Part shown: positions 42,135-42,156 of the stretch, piece after piece
Layout: each line of letters starts with the position of its first letter
Position numbering within the stretch: the first letter of the stretch is position 1
Assembly (NCBI GenBank): GCA_964607125.1
Contig: CAZSHY010000003.1
Location: 1-42,156, forward strand
Direction: 5' to 3'
Length of the DNA: 42,156 nucleotides
From: an uncultured Pseudomonadales bacterium
GTDB taxonomy: Bacteria > Patescibacteriota > Microgenomatia > UBA1400 > PJMF01
Position numbers and translations under genes: made by a program
The notes under the pieces: generated by a model
What the model was told of the DNA's origin: nothing
What the model saw: the letters and a program-made list of their open reading frames with translations, nothing else
Database searches by the model: none

Positions 42135-42156
42135 TGAGCCAGCCGAGACTCGAACT
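42135..42156 (-). tRNA. tRNA, 3' portion only (runs off the right edge); isotype unknown
   Basis: The reverse complement reads AGTTCGAGTCTCGG-CTGGCTC-A: T-loop, T-stem 3' strand, 7-nt acceptor 3' strand and discriminator. CCA is not encoded. Confidence 0.6.

Overview
The window is a 42-kb chromosomal segment with about 80% of genes on the minus strand. It uses the standard genetic code: TGA serves as a stop, for example in the ATGA overlaps of eno/gpmI and of the two IMPase genes. I found no CRISPR array, transposase, integrase or recognisable defence genes.

Gene content, left to right:
- The 5' end of a 16S rRNA gene (minus strand), with its leader, a boxA element and a near-consensus promoter.
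- mnmA.
- A 7TM / ATP-grasp / DUF1704 operon.
- uvrC, a transglutaminase-like surface protein, uvrA and uvrB.
- A CofE-like ligase, an FkbM methyltransferase and a PduO-type adenosyltransferase.
- lexA followed by a GNAT gene.
- A central-carbon block: PMM/PGM, two tandem IMPase-family genes, PGI/PMI, an atypical PEP-utilizer-like protein, eno and gpmI. pgk and fba lie later on the plus strand.
- tRNA-Leu(UAG), followed by a cell-surface locus: a 7-blade FG-GAP protein, two Cys-rich paralogs, a lytic transglycosylase and a clan GH-A hydrolase.
- A partial tRNA at the right edge.

Several traits suggest a reduced-genome, Patescibacteria/CPR-like bacterium. These are the trimmed uvrC and holA, bifunctional PGI/PMI, the CofE-like gene and many leaderless promoters. 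This assignment is inference only.

The most interesting items:
1. The 7TM / ATP-grasp (with a fused degenerate retropepsin-like domain) / DUF1704 (MATCAP-like) carboxypeptidase operon, a candidate peptide-tail ligation and trimming system.
2. A PEP-utilizer-like protein lacking the phosphohistidine swivel domain, sitting where pyruvate kinase or PPDK would be expected.
3. A perfect 19-bp inverted repeat bracketing the enolase promoter.
4. A structured ~130-nt element bounded by a 14-nt duplication of the tRNA-Leu 3' end.
5. Paired Cys-rich surface proteins sharing an unusual N-terminal anchor motif.
6. A candidate promoter-to-terminator small RNA.

All domain calls come from motif recognition by eye. 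No searches were run.
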